Assembly (NCBI GenBank): GCA_022813865.1
Contig: JALDZX010000011.1
Span: 248,001-312,000 of the forward strand
Length of the DNA: 64,000 nucleotides
Direction of reading: 5' to 3'
Source: Xylographa opegraphella
Lineage: Eukaryota
Numbering within the stretch: position 1 is the first letter of the stretch; the number at the start of each line of letters is the position of its first letter. Positions 1-13,391 of the stretch are shown piece after piece. Both the position numbers and the translations under genes were made by a program. Below the pieces are notes generated by a model that saw only the letters and a program-made list of their open reading frames with translations, searched no databases and was not told the origin of the DNA.

Positions 1-981
1 CCATCTGGTCAAGCATGTCCTTGATATGGCACTTCGATCCTGATACATGTCAGCCGACTCCCACCTTGTCCTCGGCATTCGAGATCGAACTTGGAGACTC
101 TTTTGCCTTATATAGCAAGATCTGCTGGTGAGCTTCTATTTCTGTCTGTCTCTTATGCATGAATGGCTAATCGGCAGAGGGTGCTTGTCACACAAAAAGG
201 TGTACACGTCTGATTGCGCCCGCAAAGGTAGGAAGCTAGAAGGAACCTGCATACAATTCTTGCTGAAGTTGATATACCAAGGGACTTGAGAATACATTCT
301 TGTTTCCCATCGTTAACTATTCTTTAGGGAGCGTTGCTTAGAGAGACAACGCATAGGGCGGACTTCCAACGCGTAGCGTGATTAGTGTTTTTGGCATCAA
401 ACCCTACCATTCTGAGCTCCCTCACCTCATTGCACAAACCTTTCTCAAACCTGGCTTCTTGGTAACCTCCTTGGGCCAGTATATGAACTTTCAGGCTTAG
501 TTGCTCAATCATTGGTTACTTCTTAATTTGTTCAGCTTCTTGATTCCCATTGCTCCAAGCTGTTCACGCGGTCGAACGTCTTTCGACAATTATTTTCAAA
601 ATCCCAGATTGTAACGCGCAATCATCCCTTCGGAACCACATTCGAACCCTCAGATATCCGACGATAGTGTCCTCTTGCTGAGCTTCATCACTGTCACTGT
701 ATGGTAGTCCTTGCGCAGCTGAGTATCTACTCCACCTCTATTGGAGGAAACCACTCATTTGAACAAATTTTGAGAAACACTTTTCAAAATACTGACTGCA
801 TCATACAGTATTCATCAACGATCGTAATCAGCTCTCGTGCTCATGACCCTCGTTTCACCGAACCCAGGATCAGTTGACATTGCAGTTCACTTCAATTGCC
901 TTGCTGAAGTTTTCTGACTTACCTCTGCTTGACGGTCGCAAAATCAGAATTTCCTCAAAGAGCAGTAGCTGTACTTTCACC

Positions 982-1411
982 ATGGAAAGCATAACTTATC
1001 CCAGCATTCCGAATATTCGAAGTCACCAACGATTGAGAAATCAAGTTAGTGCTCAAAAAGGTCTTTTCGATGAGCCCGAAACAGCACAAACCACAGCCAG
1101 TATTCCCGAAGCACAGGGGCACAATGTTTCAGCATTTCCTGAGTACAGTCTAATCGATTTGACGGATGAAGATACTCTTGGGATTCCTGAAGGATACCTC
1201 GTTCGGAATGAACTAAGTCTTCCTGAAGATGAAAACACTTTGTTCGACGACGGACTCGGTCCTGCAGAGTGGAACACGATTTCTTCCATGAAGCCCGATA
1301 ACGACCTCAGTGAAATGACCACCGGTCATGGCGTCTGTTTTATGAAAGCTGAGGAGGCAGATCCTGTATTTGTTCGGGATCAAAATGAATATTCCGACGC
1401 TATCAGTTTAT
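982..1411 (+). CDS. Hypothetical acidic, low-complexity protein, truncated by the assembly gap
   Basis: Open frame from ATG 982 (MESITYP...) to the N-run; contains a SIM-like LIDLTDED; no recognisable domain. Confidence 0.35.
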
Positions 1412-1461
1412 NNNNNNNNNNNNNNNNNNNNNNNNNNNNNNNNNNNNNNNNNNNNNNNNNN
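1412..1461. other. Assembly gap (50 N)
   Basis: Run of 50 n. Confidence 1.
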
Positions 1462-1608
1462 GTGATTAAGCAATGCACTGCTATCTGCTGCCAAAACCCC
1501 TGTGCCTAGTGATTAAATTCAACACAAATTATAATATAAGTTGAACATACTTTTACAACAAAGGAAATTCTTTGTTTTATATAGAAGTTCTTGTTCCGTA
1601 TGCCCCCA

Positions 1609-1707
1609 GTGCCCCTCACAGTGGCACCTGGTGGCAGCCCTCGGTACCCTTTACGGTGGCAACCGGTGGCAGCCCTCGATGCCCCCTATGGTGGCACTTG
1701 GTGGCAC
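1609..1707. repeat. 35-bp minisatellite, about 2.8 copies
   Basis: GTGCCCCTCACAGTGGCACCTGGTGGCAGCCCTCG / GTACCCTTTACGGTGGCAACCGGTGGCAGCCCTCG / ATGCCCCCTATGGTGGCACTTGGTGGCAC. Confidence 0.85.
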
Positions 1708-3428
1708 GGAGACTAGTAAGTCCGGTTACCCCAGTCTTACCCGGTGAAGGTGAGAACCTTAACATCTGGGATCATCCTAAGACCATGTGCGCTACCCCCC
1801 ATTCGCCCTTAAGGTAGACTAGACTACGGAAGTACGCGCCACGCGATGATGGCAAATCAGCGCGAACCATCGTCTCTGCAGAATTGGTCACACCGCTCAT
1901 CACATGGGTGATGCCACTTGATAAAACTTGAGAGTCGACAGCGCAAGGCATCTCCACGGTGTCACTGCAAAGTTGAAGTCATGTAGATAACGTAGAGAGT
2001 CTTACCAGTCGATACGCATCCTCGAGCATCACAGGTGAGTCTTGCGACACCAACCGGCAACAATTTCTGATTATGAAATTGCAGTATCTCCTTGAATACT
2101 TCACAGTTGTAGTATATGGTATATTAGCGATCCAGAACAATTTGGAACTTCTAAGGGAGTGGGTTCTAAGTCGAGTTAACCATCAGCCACAACACTAGAC
2201 AATTCAAGGTCCCAGCCACTTTGTATCCTGGGGTTCTGCGACACAGCCAGCCACCCATGGTTTTTGAACCGCACGCATGATCGCCCCCCGCAGGCATCTA
2301 GCCTGTGTGTAAAAGAATTATTGCTATGAATCTCATGATTATGGATCAAAATCCAGGGAGGCGAGCTTCACGATGGGGCTTAGTACCGCTCACAACGCGC
2401 TAAGCCGCAGGAAATCGTCGCTACTACATCGCACTTGTGGTTATGTACGACGGCGGAAGACCTCCTATCAACTCGAAGTAACCGGTGAAGATGTGTTAGA
2501 TGACTCCCAATATCGCCCACTATGCGCTAAGGGGGGCCGCAATATGTGGCGCTACGGTGGAAGTAAATACTATTACCCATGTGGCCTTGTCTTTGCCTCC
2601 AGTACCGAGATACCGACTCAATGAAATAAATGGGCTCTCACCTGCACGCTGACCGCGGTCACAAATGGTATTACTACCGCTTTCGAACAGGCAACAAACA
2701 GATATCATAATGGTAGCCAGCCCTTACCGTGGTATATTCTGGAGAAGCTAGTCATCGAACGGCACTTGACGGCTGAAAATTCCCCTATACCTCAGCCCCC
2801 AAAGGTCACAATGTAGTATGATTCGAACGTGAGAAACGTGATGTTTTTGTTAAAGCAATCTATCCTAAGGAATTTATTCTACTGCCGTACTCCGTATAGA
2901 TGACCTCAAGTATCCAGCCAAACAGCCTCTTTTTTATTACACAGCTTCGCGCCGAATTGGCTCGGTCGATCGCTCGGGTAATACGTCTAATTACTAGTGG
3001 TTTTCACCGTTGCGATGGCCTGCTGGTTACGAAGTAGTTAGATAAAGTTACCCGTGCCGAACCAGGATCCCTAGCGGCGGGTCGGGACACGCCCAGCCTC
3101 ACCCCACCTTGCCAGCGTGCTTCGGAACAGCTCCGCAACCAGCCACCAGCCCAACCTCTGACTTTTGACATGAGCCCAACGTAGTCTACATACCTGATAT
3201 TGTCTGTATCAGCACCCCCGATCACTTCAGGTGCGTGTCGTACAAGTGACAACGTTCACATTTTCGACGCGGCGTTATATACCTCACTTCAAGCTTTCGC
3301 GTGTGCGACCCTTACCTTGAGGCTTTGGAGTGCCAGTTAACCCCTCTGACAACACTTCAAGCTACCAATAACACATCGAGCGAGACAAAGAGATTAGGTC
3401 CACGATCATCGGCTTACTCGATACGGAA

Positions 3429-4619
3429 ATGAACGCGTCGCCTGGAAGAGATCCCGTATCTTCTACGAGCAAAGATGGACGATCGGTTCCATCGCTCATG
3501 AACGGCGACTACCCGTGTGAAACCAGGGCCGAAGGGAAGAAAACGACTCTTGCAAATTGGTTTCAGGGAGAATCGGCACCCATCAGACTCGGCGTTCCTT
3601 TATCTCCACTAAAGGAGAAGTCAGAAATGATCTATGAACACAGGAGAACTCTCTCAAGCGCTGAACGTCGGATGTCTTCAACCCCTTCAAGACCCTCAGC
3701 TGCGAGCGCAAGCCGCTTTTCATTCTTCTCCACCAGATCCGTATCACCCATACTACCACGAACACCTGAATATTATGATGAACTTTCTGATCTCGACATC
3801 AAAACGAGTCTCCTGCCTCGAGGGCAAGCTGATCCTTTCTCACCGTCTGCGTTCAAGAATCTCCTGCAGAATGCTGAAGGGCTGCTATCAAGAATGCAGG
3901 CTGCTTACAAGCAGCGAGGTTTGTCATTACAGAAGATAAGCGCAGAGAACGAAGCACAATCGGATGAGTTGGAGGAGGCGCACACAAGAGCAAAACACCT
4001 CAAATCACAACTCGACAATATTACCGCGATGAAGGCGGAACAAGATACTGCGATGATGAGTTTGGTGGAAGAATTAGCCGAGCAGAAGAAATGGCGGAAC
4101 GACGAGGAGGCAAAGAAATCAATCAGATTGGTCGGAGCATCCGATGGTGCTTGTGATCAATGTCATCGCCACCGTAAATCGAAGCATCGGAACAGCACAG
4201 CCACCACTGTCAGCGATTCCGGTTTTGAATCGGAGTCGGACGAGGAAAGCATATTCTCGCAAGCAGACGGCCTCCAATCACCCACCATGTCCAACATCTC
4301 GACGCCAAGTATCGCTCTCACAGCTGCCTACCTCGATCAACATGTGCCTCATGATGAAATACAGCGGCTACACTCTGTGACCATCTCTCAACAGGATGGC
4401 CGACTTCGGGACGAGAAATATAACAAGCATAATAACGCTTCGCAGCTACATTCTGCCAAAAAGGTTGCTTGTCCTAGGTGTGAGGGCGTTCCTCTTTCTG
4501 AGGCTTGGGGAGTGGTAGAGATCATGAAGATGGAGAACACGATGCTGAAAGAGCGCGTCGAGCAGCTAGAGGGTTCGCTTGACGGTTGTCTGGATTTGGT
4601 TCGTGGTCTGGGAATATGA
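3429..4619 (+). CDS. Hypothetical fungal coiled-coil protein (396 aa)
   Basis: Long uninterrupted ORF; heptad-rich segments (LLQNAEGLLSRMQAAYKQR...; ENTMLKERVEQLEGSLDGCLDLV) and CxxC motifs. Confidence 0.8.
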   Translation: MNASPGRDPVSSTSKDGRSVPSLMNGDYPCETRAEGKKTTLANWFQGESAPIRLGVPLSPLKEKSEMIYEHRRTLSSAERRMSSTPSRPSAASASRFSFFSTRSVSPILPRTPEYYDELSDLDIKTSLLPRGQADPFSPSAFKNLLQNAEGLLSRMQAAYKQRGLSLQKISAENEAQSDELEEAHTRAKHLKSQLDNITAMKAEQDTAMMSLVEELAEQKKWRNDEEAKKSIRLVGASDGACDQCHRHRKSKHRNSTATTVSDSGFESESDEESIFSQADGLQSPTMSNISTPSIALTAAYLDQHVPHDEIQRLHSVTISQQDGRLRDEKYNKHNNASQLHSAKKVACPRCEGVPLSEAWGVVEIMKMENTMLKERVEQLEGSLDGCLDLVRGLGI

Positions 4620-4954
4620 TGTATTTGACTCAACTACGCTGCGGTCTAGTCCTGTTCTTACCTACGAACGCGCTGTGGTTTTTCTCGTGATTGACAGCGA
4701 TTTTGTTTATGTCTCTGGCTTGATTGTCATCTGGCAACAGACTACGATTATGATATGGCAATACATGCTACTGGAGGATTTGGATGTAGTTTTTAGTTCA
4801 CTACGGAGCGAAACTTGACGCTGATAAGCGCTACACTTATGCCGTTCGATCAATGGAAGGTTGCTCACCGTTCGAAAAGTGACCATTTCATAGCTCTCTA
4901 CCTTATCCTCTATCTTATCTATGATTGTAAGAACCAGTCGCGGGCGTGTCTCGG

Positions 4955-6644
4955 CTAGGCTTTCCCATTGCAAAACTGTACTACGGCCCACTTGCCACTC
5001 CACGCCCACTTCCTGGCTCCGCTGTCTCCGCCGCCCCCATCCATCTGCCGCAGCCTCTCGTCTTCGCCCGTTGGCAGCCCGACCACAACGTCTGCCTTGC
5101 AGGTTCGTAGAGCCAGCGTGCGAAGGCCAGACCCGACACCCACCGACCCGATAGCTTCCGGGAACGGAGTGGTAGGATCCCACATCACCTAGCTTACGTT
5201 AGCACATGTTAGCATGAGGACGGCGTGGGATAAGTACATCTCCCGTAAGCTTTCGGTAGTTGAGATCGCCTTTGAAGATCACCAGTTCGCTGTCTTTCAG
5301 ATCTTCATACAGCCCTGGCTCGAGTCGCGGCAGTCGCCAGAAACTGCCCGCTTGTGTCCAGAAGCGGTTCGGGCGGATGACCAGCTGTCCTTCTTGGTGG
5401 AACCCGCTCCAGTGCTGGAAAAGGAATGTCAATTCGGCGACTTCCTTCGCGGAGAGCGGTTCCGGCGTCTTGTCGGCATGCTTTTCGTCGTCCGAAGGCG
5501 TGGTATAGAATGCTTGCGGATCAGCAAGGGCGTTCAGGAGCGAGGCAAAGTCGGCTGGCAGAACGTCTGACACGAACCACGGAATGGACTTTGGATGGAT
5601 GACAATGTGCGTGGCAATGTTGGCTGAGAGGAGATATCCGGCGAGGATCAGATCAACGAAAAGTTCGAAGCCGGCGTTGTCGAGCACTATGTCCACGCGT
5701 CGGTCCTGCTTGGGGTGTTCAGCTCTAGCGTTTCGAAGCACGTCGTAAGCGGCGGGCAAATCATTGGCAATAATGTTCTTCTCTGAAGCTTTCCGTGCAT
5801 CGGAGCCTTGCAGCTTTTGAATATCTTCGTAGGTCAACGACGTCAGAAGGGAGAGGTCGGTGGCATTCCCCCACAGGCAGATTTCGCACATTTCCGTGAA
5901 CAGGAGTTGCTCTGCCTTTTGCCGCTCTTCGGGATCCTTCGACGAGGCGGTGTCGTCCTCAAGCTGTTGCACCAGCTCCTTATACTTCGCGGCTAGTTCT
6001 AGCACTGCCGGGCGCGAGGACTTGAAGGTAGACATTTTCTGCTTGCCGAAGACGTCGTAGCTTTTCCAGTATTTGGAGAGCGCGAAGAATGTGCTCATGT
6101 GTCTATCTTGGGTGTATCAGTATCTGCCTGATAGCCCGAAGAAGGCATTTGTACCGATAGAGGTAACATTCTGCATAGAGCCAAGGGGCACTGAACCAAG
6201 TAGGAGTTCCTCGAGCTTCAAGCTCTTTGTTGTATTCGGCAAAATCGGGCTGTCCATCGTCCACAAGAGAGCTGGAATAGCATATTAATACGGGCTGGTA
6301 TATAGCCAAGCGTCGAGTTACACACGTCAATGGGCGGTCATGCTGCAGCTCGTACTTGAGCTTCGCCAGGCCTTCAACTATACCCTTGCCTTCGGTCCGC
6401 TTTGCATCGTCATTACAGACTCCAATGGCACGGTGAACATCGTCAATCGCTCCTGTCTTGAAGATTTAGGCCAGGGGTAAGTAGAAGGTGGTTAGAATTA
6501 CCAGGATAATCGGCCACCGGTCTCTGGCGGAGATATACGCAAACGAAGTCTGATCGGAGGTTTTGTAAGGGGCTTGCGATGGTTTTAGATCTAGTAGTGA
6601 ACAACTGCGGACAAGAACTTACCTATGCTCGGATCGAAGTCCAT
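4955..6644 (-). CDS. DUF89/ARMT1-like damage-control metal-dependent phosphatase (multi-exon)
   Basis: Motifs LWGNATDLS, VLDNAGFELFVDL, IFKGDLNYRKL, LRTCKADVVVG, WSGKWAVVQF; ATG at 6644 followed by a GTAAGT intron; last exon ends at 4955. Confidence 0.92.
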
Positions 6645-6793
6645 GATCTATCGTAGATTCTAATGTAGATCGGATTAGTGGAATGACTCAAAATCGGAAT
6701 TATTATGGATAAAACTCCATCATCGATATTGGCGACGGCAGCCAGAGAAAAAAGATTTATATATTTGCTAAAGACAGACACTTTCAATCATCG

Positions 6794-6892
6794 GGGGATA
6801 TGGTTTAATGGTATAATGCATCCTTAGCACTTGGAGTTCGGCTCCTCGGTAGGAATTGGATGAGGTTCCGGGTTCGATTCCCGGTATCTCCA
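6794..6892 (+). tRNA. tRNA-Ala(AGC) with 27-nt intron (6830-6856)
   Basis: Acceptor stem GGGGATA/TATCTCC with G3:U70 alanine identity pair; anticodon stem CATCC/GGATG around TT-AGC-A; T arm CCGGG-TTCGATT-CCCGG; downstream TTTTT Pol III terminator. Confidence 0.97.
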
Positions 6893-7235
6893 CAACTTTT
6901 TGCATCGGTTTTCACCATGTGGATGACTCAGAATATCGATTGATCATTGTTTTGCACTCAGGAATGTGGTCCGTATCCTTTTGCAATCAGCAGCGAGGGA
7001 TTTTTCGCCAGAGTTTGTTTTCTTCGTTTGAAAAAAATAGGGAGAATTCAAAAGTCCCCTACGGAGGTAGTATTTTGACTCCAGCTCTAAGCGAAAAAAT
7101 CCAACGGAAGCAATATCGGTCCGAGACTGATGATATTCTAGCCCTATGATTAAATTTATGAAATTGTCTTACACCGACGGTCTGCTTGCCATAGACAGCC
7201 ACAGACAGGATCTGTCTGTTAATCTGCGCTGTGAA

Positions 7236-8495
7236 ATGGCGTCAAAGAAGTTCCAACCGTCTCCCAAAGCTTCCCTTCCATTCAAAACAGCGAACAAGTA
7301 CAAGCGCCAAGATTTACATGTCAAGCAAAAGAAAGCCCGCGAGCATACGAGACGAGACGAGCGTTTCCGAAGGAGGAGAGAAGAAGACAAGGAGCCAAGT
7401 CTTCGGGAAGATCGTATAAAGCGCAACGTGCCCCTCACTTTAGATAGGAAAAGAGTATGGGACGAGATCGACAGGGACACTGGGGACGGATTGGGTGTCA
7501 GTGTGGATGTGGAGCGATTGAAGAGGCGGAAACTAGAAGAAGAGGAGGCTGCTGCAGCAGCGCAGCTAGATGTTGATCAAGAGGAGGTAATCTCCGGCTC
7601 AGACGACCAGGATAGTATGATTGACTTTGGGAGCGGTGACGAGGAAGACAAAGTGAAGAAGAAGCCTCAAAGGCGGCAAGGGCCACGGACAGCTACTGAA
7701 CGCGCGACGAGTCCTGTACATTCAACTACGAGTACGAATCTAGATCTTACGCCTGAAGCTCTCGCTGCCAGATTTCCTTCCCTCTTTTCAATGGAATCTC
7801 CGCCGATACCGAAGATTCTCATAACAACATCTATAAACTCCACCCTCCATAATGAAGCTAGGCTTCTGACCACTCTCTTTCCTCACAGCGTTTATATACC
7901 TCGGTCAGCCCATCGCTACGGCCACAAATTCTCAGTAAGAGAAATATCGTCGTTTGCGACGAACCGAAAGTACACCGCTGTCATTGTGCTTAAAGAAGAC
8001 CAGAAACGGCCAACAGGCATCGACTTTGTACATCTCCCAAGCGGACCGATGTTCCATTTCTCTATCAGTAACTGGGTCGAAGGCAAGAGACTCCCAGGAC
8101 ACGGTAATCCTACCAACCACCTTCCCGAAATCATCCTCAACAACTTCCGCACCCCTCTCGGTCTTCTGACAGCACATCTTTTCCGGACAATGTTCCCACC
8201 TCAGCCGGAATTCCAAGGACGTCAAGTCGTCACTCTTCACAACCAGCGCGATTACATATTTCTTCGCCGCCATCGATATGTTTTTCGTGAGAAACGTGCG
8301 ACGGAGAAGAGCGTAGTAGGGCCGGACGGCAAGGAGGTGAAGGGTGTTGAAGGCATCCGGGCTGGGCTTCAAGAGCTTGGGCCGCGCTTTACCATGAAGT
8401 TACGACGCATTGACAAAGGTATTCAGCATGGCAGCGGGCAGGAATGGGTATGGCGTGGCGGAATGGAGAAACAGAGGACCAAGTTCCAGCTCTAA
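7236..8495 (+). CDS. RPF1: Brix-domain 60S ribosome biogenesis protein
   Basis: PKILITTS, HLPSGP, PEIILNNFRTPLG, GRQVVTLHNQRDYIFLRRHRYVF, LQELGPRFTMKL; start taken at MASKKF (ATG 7236). Confidence 0.93.
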   Translation: MASKKFQPSPKASLPFKTANKYKRQDLHVKQKKAREHTRRDERFRRRREEDKEPSLREDRIKRNVPLTLDRKRVWDEIDRDTGDGLGVSVDVERLKRRKLEEEEAAAAAQLDVDQEEVISGSDDQDSMIDFGSGDEEDKVKKKPQRRQGPRTATERATSPVHSTTSTNLDLTPEALAARFPSLFSMESPPIPKILITTSINSTLHNEARLLTTLFPHSVYIPRSAHRYGHKFSVREISSFATNRKYTAVIVLKEDQKRPTGIDFVHLPSGPMFHFSISNWVEGKRLPGHGNPTNHLPEIILNNFRTPLGLLTAHLFRTMFPPQPEFQGRQVVTLHNQRDYIFLRRHRYVFREKRATEKSVVGPDGKEVKGVEGIRAGLQELGPRFTMKLRRIDKGIQHGSGQEWVWRGGMEKQRTKFQL

Positions 8496-9345
8496 AATAA
8501 TATTGCAGACACATAACTACCACCTTGGTCGCTTAGGGATTGTGTACCTGTCTCTACATCAAATGTAGGCCATACGTTTTACCGCTGTCCCTGCGCCCTT
8601 ATCTTGTACGGCTCAATTCTCAGCAGCACACCTCTTTGCTTAACCAGCGACATTACTTACTCCTGCCGTTCTTCCTGCCGTCCTACTCGGCATGCTCATA
8701 CGGTCTCCATGGTTATCCGTTTTGATATTCACCCCATAAACTGAAGAAATCTCTTATGCATGTCAAATGTGATAGCCAGAGCTTAAAATGAATATGCACT
8801 GGACACGACCGTTCACTGCTGCTAGTTTGATATTGCCTGCAACACTGAGCAAGGTGAGGGACTCGTTAATGGTGCGATGGTTGGGATCACGGGATCTGGA
8901 GACGAATCTCGTGAATTAGAGAACAGACAAATAAGGCTTACGGCTGCCTTGCTGGCGAGGTTTGAATCAGAAATAGGAGGTTTCGCCAGTTCGCTAAGGA
9001 AGACATTGTATACAGGTTGCCTAAGCCCGCCTTTCCTGGTAATGCTACGAACTTCCCGGTTTATCTCAGAGCGTTATACGCCTGCTTTGTGTAAGTCGTT
9101 GCGTTGGACAACAATCAGCGAGAAGCACCTGAAAACCTTCAAATTCACAAATAAAGTATGCGTACATTAAGCACGTTATATATGCACAAAGAGAGAAAAG
9201 TCAGCTGTCTGACTGCGGTCCAAGTTATATTACCACAAGAACCAGACCCGCACTTCGAAGTCAAGCTTCTCCAACATCATCATTAGGTATTAGGAAACAC
9301 GCTTAAAGTCGCTCCAGTTTATAATCTACTGTACACCATCCCCAC

Positions 9346-12300
9346 TCAAAGATTATGCCCCTGGCCCAAGCATTCCCAGCTTCGTATCGGACGTTTTTCT
9401 TCCAGCTCCACCACCCACCAAAGCACTTCTTTGGCCTTCTCCACCTGTCCGCTCTCTTCATAGGCTCTCGCCAGAGCGAACCAGGCTTCACTATTGTCCC
9501 ATCCGGTTCCAAGCTTAGTGAGTGAAGAGAGAAGCCCATACGCTCGATCACGAGCTGCGAGCCGATCCAGAGTCTCGGGTGTCTTACGATCGGTATCAGA
9601 ATAGTCTCGTGGCGAAGTACGGGGCGTGTCTTTCTGCGAAGACATATCAAGGTCTTCTTGGGTATCGAAACCGCTGCCAGATTGGTACTTCGAGTACGGT
9701 GCCGAGACAGGCGCAAGAATCGGGCGAGGAGACTCCTTCGTCCTTCCTCTCACTCCTTGATCGTACTCAGCCTGCAAAAGAGACCGCTCTGGTTGTGGCG
9801 GAATGGTTTGAGAATATATGTCAAGCAGAATACTAGACAGTCCAATAGTGGCAACTACATGATCGGGATAATGCGATAGCGCGGATTCGTACTCTATCAT
9901 CGCTTGATGTGGCGTAGACTGGGCAACAAGGAGATTTCCTCGTTCCGCATAAGCATCGGCCCAGAGCTCTTCGACACTCTTGGCACCGCCCCATCCTGGA
10001 GCTTCAAACGCCCTAGCGCTCGATATCTGTGATGAGACGGTAGCCTCTACCAATTTTACCTGCTTAAATGCTTCTTCGATTGCCCCTTGAGCATCGTCGT
10101 ACAGCTTGGCACGCCGGTATAAGCCGGCGATGAACAACCATATCTTGAGAAGCAGCGAGACCGCGTGCCTCTGCTGTTCAAGTTTGGAATACTGTGGTTC
10201 GAATGGATTATAACTACTGCTTTTGGTCTTGACCACGTCAATATGCGCCGCAGGGTTGGTACGATCGGCCAAGCCTGTTGAGAAAGGGTCTCGTTTAGGA
10301 ATCGGAGATGCCGGAATGGTATCTAGATTATGAGATATTGCAATACCTACTTCGTTTGTAACACGAGATCCTGCGGAAGTAGGTCGGTATTGACTCTCAC
10401 TGTTTACCCACTCTGCAGCAGTATTTGAAAGAGCAGATCCTCGTGTGGTGCTGGCTGTTCTCGCTGGGCTTGCTGTACGACTCAGCATACTCTGCATACT
10501 ATTCCGCTTTTGAAGTCTCCTGGATGAGTGGCGAAGAATGTGGTGAGAATGGCTGGAATCTGGTGGGCTCAAATGCTCATTCATCAGCGTTTCGCGATTA
10601 GTGATAGAGATAGTGGGAGGCCGTGATGTTTCATTTGAGTGTCTTTGAGACCTTATCGACTCGGCTGCTGTAGTGCTACGAATGCTCGCTCGAGTGTCTT
10701 TCGATCGACCAAAAACACTGCCTCTGAAGCTCTTCATAGTGCCGTGGGATGTTGATGGTGGAGGTGTTGATTTAGGTTGTTGTATACTTGACTCTGCTTT
10801 GCTGAATTTAAATAGTTTCGTGTATAGCTCGAGTAGCTCGCCACTTGCATTAACAGCGACATCTGGCCCCTCGATTACTTCAGCCAGAGATATTTGTGTA
10901 ATCTTGACCTCCACGATGTGTTGCTTCTGCGAAAGCGGAAATTTCTCACTCCGTACTACCGCGGAACTATGGGATCCTGCTCGTACACTATCAACTTCGT
11001 CAAGCGCTGCCTCGCACGACGCTAGTGCAGTGTCAAAATCTTGTCTGGAGCTCAGCAGAAGAGCCAAGAGATGCCACTGGTTGAGCCTTCGCTTCGAATC
11101 ATCCTGCTCTGAGCGTTGTAGTCTTCGGTGGCTCTTTGTTCCTGACGAAGACACTGGAATAATAGACAAAGCTTTCTTCACAGTGGCAATAGCACCATCT
11201 ATGTCCCGCGTCTCCGCCAGGACCAGCGCAAGAGCGTACAGTGTTTCTTTATCCTCTTCCGCAGGAACCGCCTGAAAAGCTTGTCGGAAGAACATGGTCG
11301 CTTTCTCTTGTAGAATAGACCGTTGGGAAGCATCGTAGGTGATTCGGGCCCAGTAAGCGTAGCCAATCCCCATCGCTCGAGAAGCAGTGTATTTGGCTTG
11401 GAGAGAAATTGATGTATTCTGCAAGTTTGAGCTTGGTTCAGATGCACTAGATACCCTATTATTGGTCTGAAGCTCTGCCGAGAACTCGTGATCATAGTGA
11501 TGAAGCCACTTTTCTAATCGAACAACTAAATCCCACGCCTTTGATGCTTCACTTCGTCGTCCAAAAGCAGCATACATTTTAATGCCTGCTGCGATAGTGT
11601 TCAAAATGGTCTCATCGCTGTCAAGATTTGTTTCCGGTTCTCCAGAGTTTTCCATCCTTGCCTTTCCTTTCATGGCAATCTCAAGATATGAATCAAGCGC
11701 TTTTCCAGCAAGATCAAATTCCCCCAGTGAGGCATGTACCGTGAATAAATGCCGCAGAATCGATGTAGAATGAAAAGTCCTGGTTGCCGCACGGTACAGG
11801 ATCTGAATAGCTGCGGTCAGCTTGGCGGTACCACTATCATACAAGTCCGATGAAGCTTTCTGCACGAACTTACTTCCAGAACTCCGTGACTTGTCCCTTC
11901 TTGCCCATCCTGGCCAATGTCTTCGTCTTGCCAAGTTGGGGCACAGAGAATACTCCAATTCAACATGACCTGCTCGACAAAATCAAGAACCTCTATGTTA
12001 GTCTCGTCCGCCTGTGGAAAACCTGTTTCTTTGATAAGATACCCTTCATAAGTCGCTTCAACTCGTCGAAGCTCTGTACTCTGCTGTAGTCTGGGCCCGA
12101 CGTCATAATGCTCGGAAACATCATTTCCAAGATGTTTCTCGTCGGTTGTGTCTGGATACACATAACCATGCTGTAAGAGGTATGAAAGCATATTGTAGTA
12201 TGCTCGCCATGCAAGACGCCTTCCCTGTAATCTGCCAGCTTGTGAGCTGTCACCAATGGCCAAGTCGTTCTGCAAACTGGTCTCCCAGAAGTTTGACCAT

Positions 12301-13152
12301 GCCCGGAAAGGTGTTAAAGAGGTTTGAGAATCGATCCCAGGATCCGGTGTCAAATGCTGTTCAGAAAGCATACAGCTTCTTATAAGTAATCTTTCTGCCC
12401 ATACTCGATACTCGGGGGCATTTCCGGTCGCCAACGACGTGTTTGACAGCAATGATAAAGCAGATTTATAAGTATCTACTACGTCGGCCGAGTTACCAAC
12501 AGTCTCTTGCGAGGCACCTTTCGAACAATTAGCGCTATTGCGACAGAAACTCGTCATGGAAAAGTGAGACCATACTGACCGAGAATGTATGCACTTTTGA
12601 TCATACATACATGCGTCCAACGACTCAGGGTTCCTTGCTTCTCTTTCACCAGCCCTGTTGCTTGTGGCAAGTTCGTTGGTAAAGCTGTCACTGCCAGGGC
12701 GGGCTGGCCCATGACCCAATATAACCATCCCAAACATGTCTGCGCTTGGAACACATCTTCGGGCAGAGCTTCTTTCGTTGCGATTGCCGTTCGAAGCTCT
12801 GGTAAAAGGTGGGATAGAGTATTCGGTATGGAGGAAGCAGCTGAAGGCCCTCGTAGGGTCGCTTTCGCTATCTCAGACTCACATCTTGCAGTAATGACAA
12901 GACCTAATCAGCCTTAATCAGTCTCCTCAAGCGCGGAAAGAATGGTGATAAACTGACACTTCCTGGAGGACTCATGTTTGCCAACTTTTCTGGCAAGTTC
13001 CGGAACATCCTGCCATTTACCATCACAGCGAGCTCCATCCAAGAGATCCAAATACCGACGGGCCTTTTCGGAGTCTCTGTGCTACGGAAACAGTTAGCAT
13101 TCCAAAAGTTGTTGGAGGTACCCATTGCACTGCTGAAACTAACACGAAGCAT
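9346..13152 (-). CDS. YPP1: TPR-repeat YPP1/TTC7-like protein (multi-exon)
   Basis: Spliced N-terminus (MLR|HRDSEKARRYLDLLDGARCDGKWQDVPELARKV); TPR-like helices (WHLLALLLSSRQDF, WDNSEAWFALARAYE, ELEEKRPIRSW); ORF pieces 11817-12737 and 9346-11958 joined by GT-AG introns. Confidence 0.82.
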
Positions 13153-13391
13153 GGTTTCTTGACACAGTCACTATACTAGGGTCCAGAAAATCCGGATTAT
13201 AGACAAATCCATCATGATTGGGAACCGTAAATTGTTGCGACTGTCTAATGTCATTGGCTACCTCGCTACCTAGAAGATTTTGAAAGTCGCGCTTCGCCAA
13301 GACAAATTATAGTTCCTTCGTGTTTCTTCGGTTTCATGAAATATATTGACCACACATTTGTTGACCAATGTGACCAATTAGTCCGATTATC

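Noticed and set aside
1..640. Short minus-strand ORF and splice-like signals at the window start
   Set aside because: Could not assemble a coherent reading frame or recognise a motif
2888..2896. TACTCCGTA motif (also near 54551)
   Set aside because: Common short intergenic motif in filamentous ascomycetes; two copies are not informative
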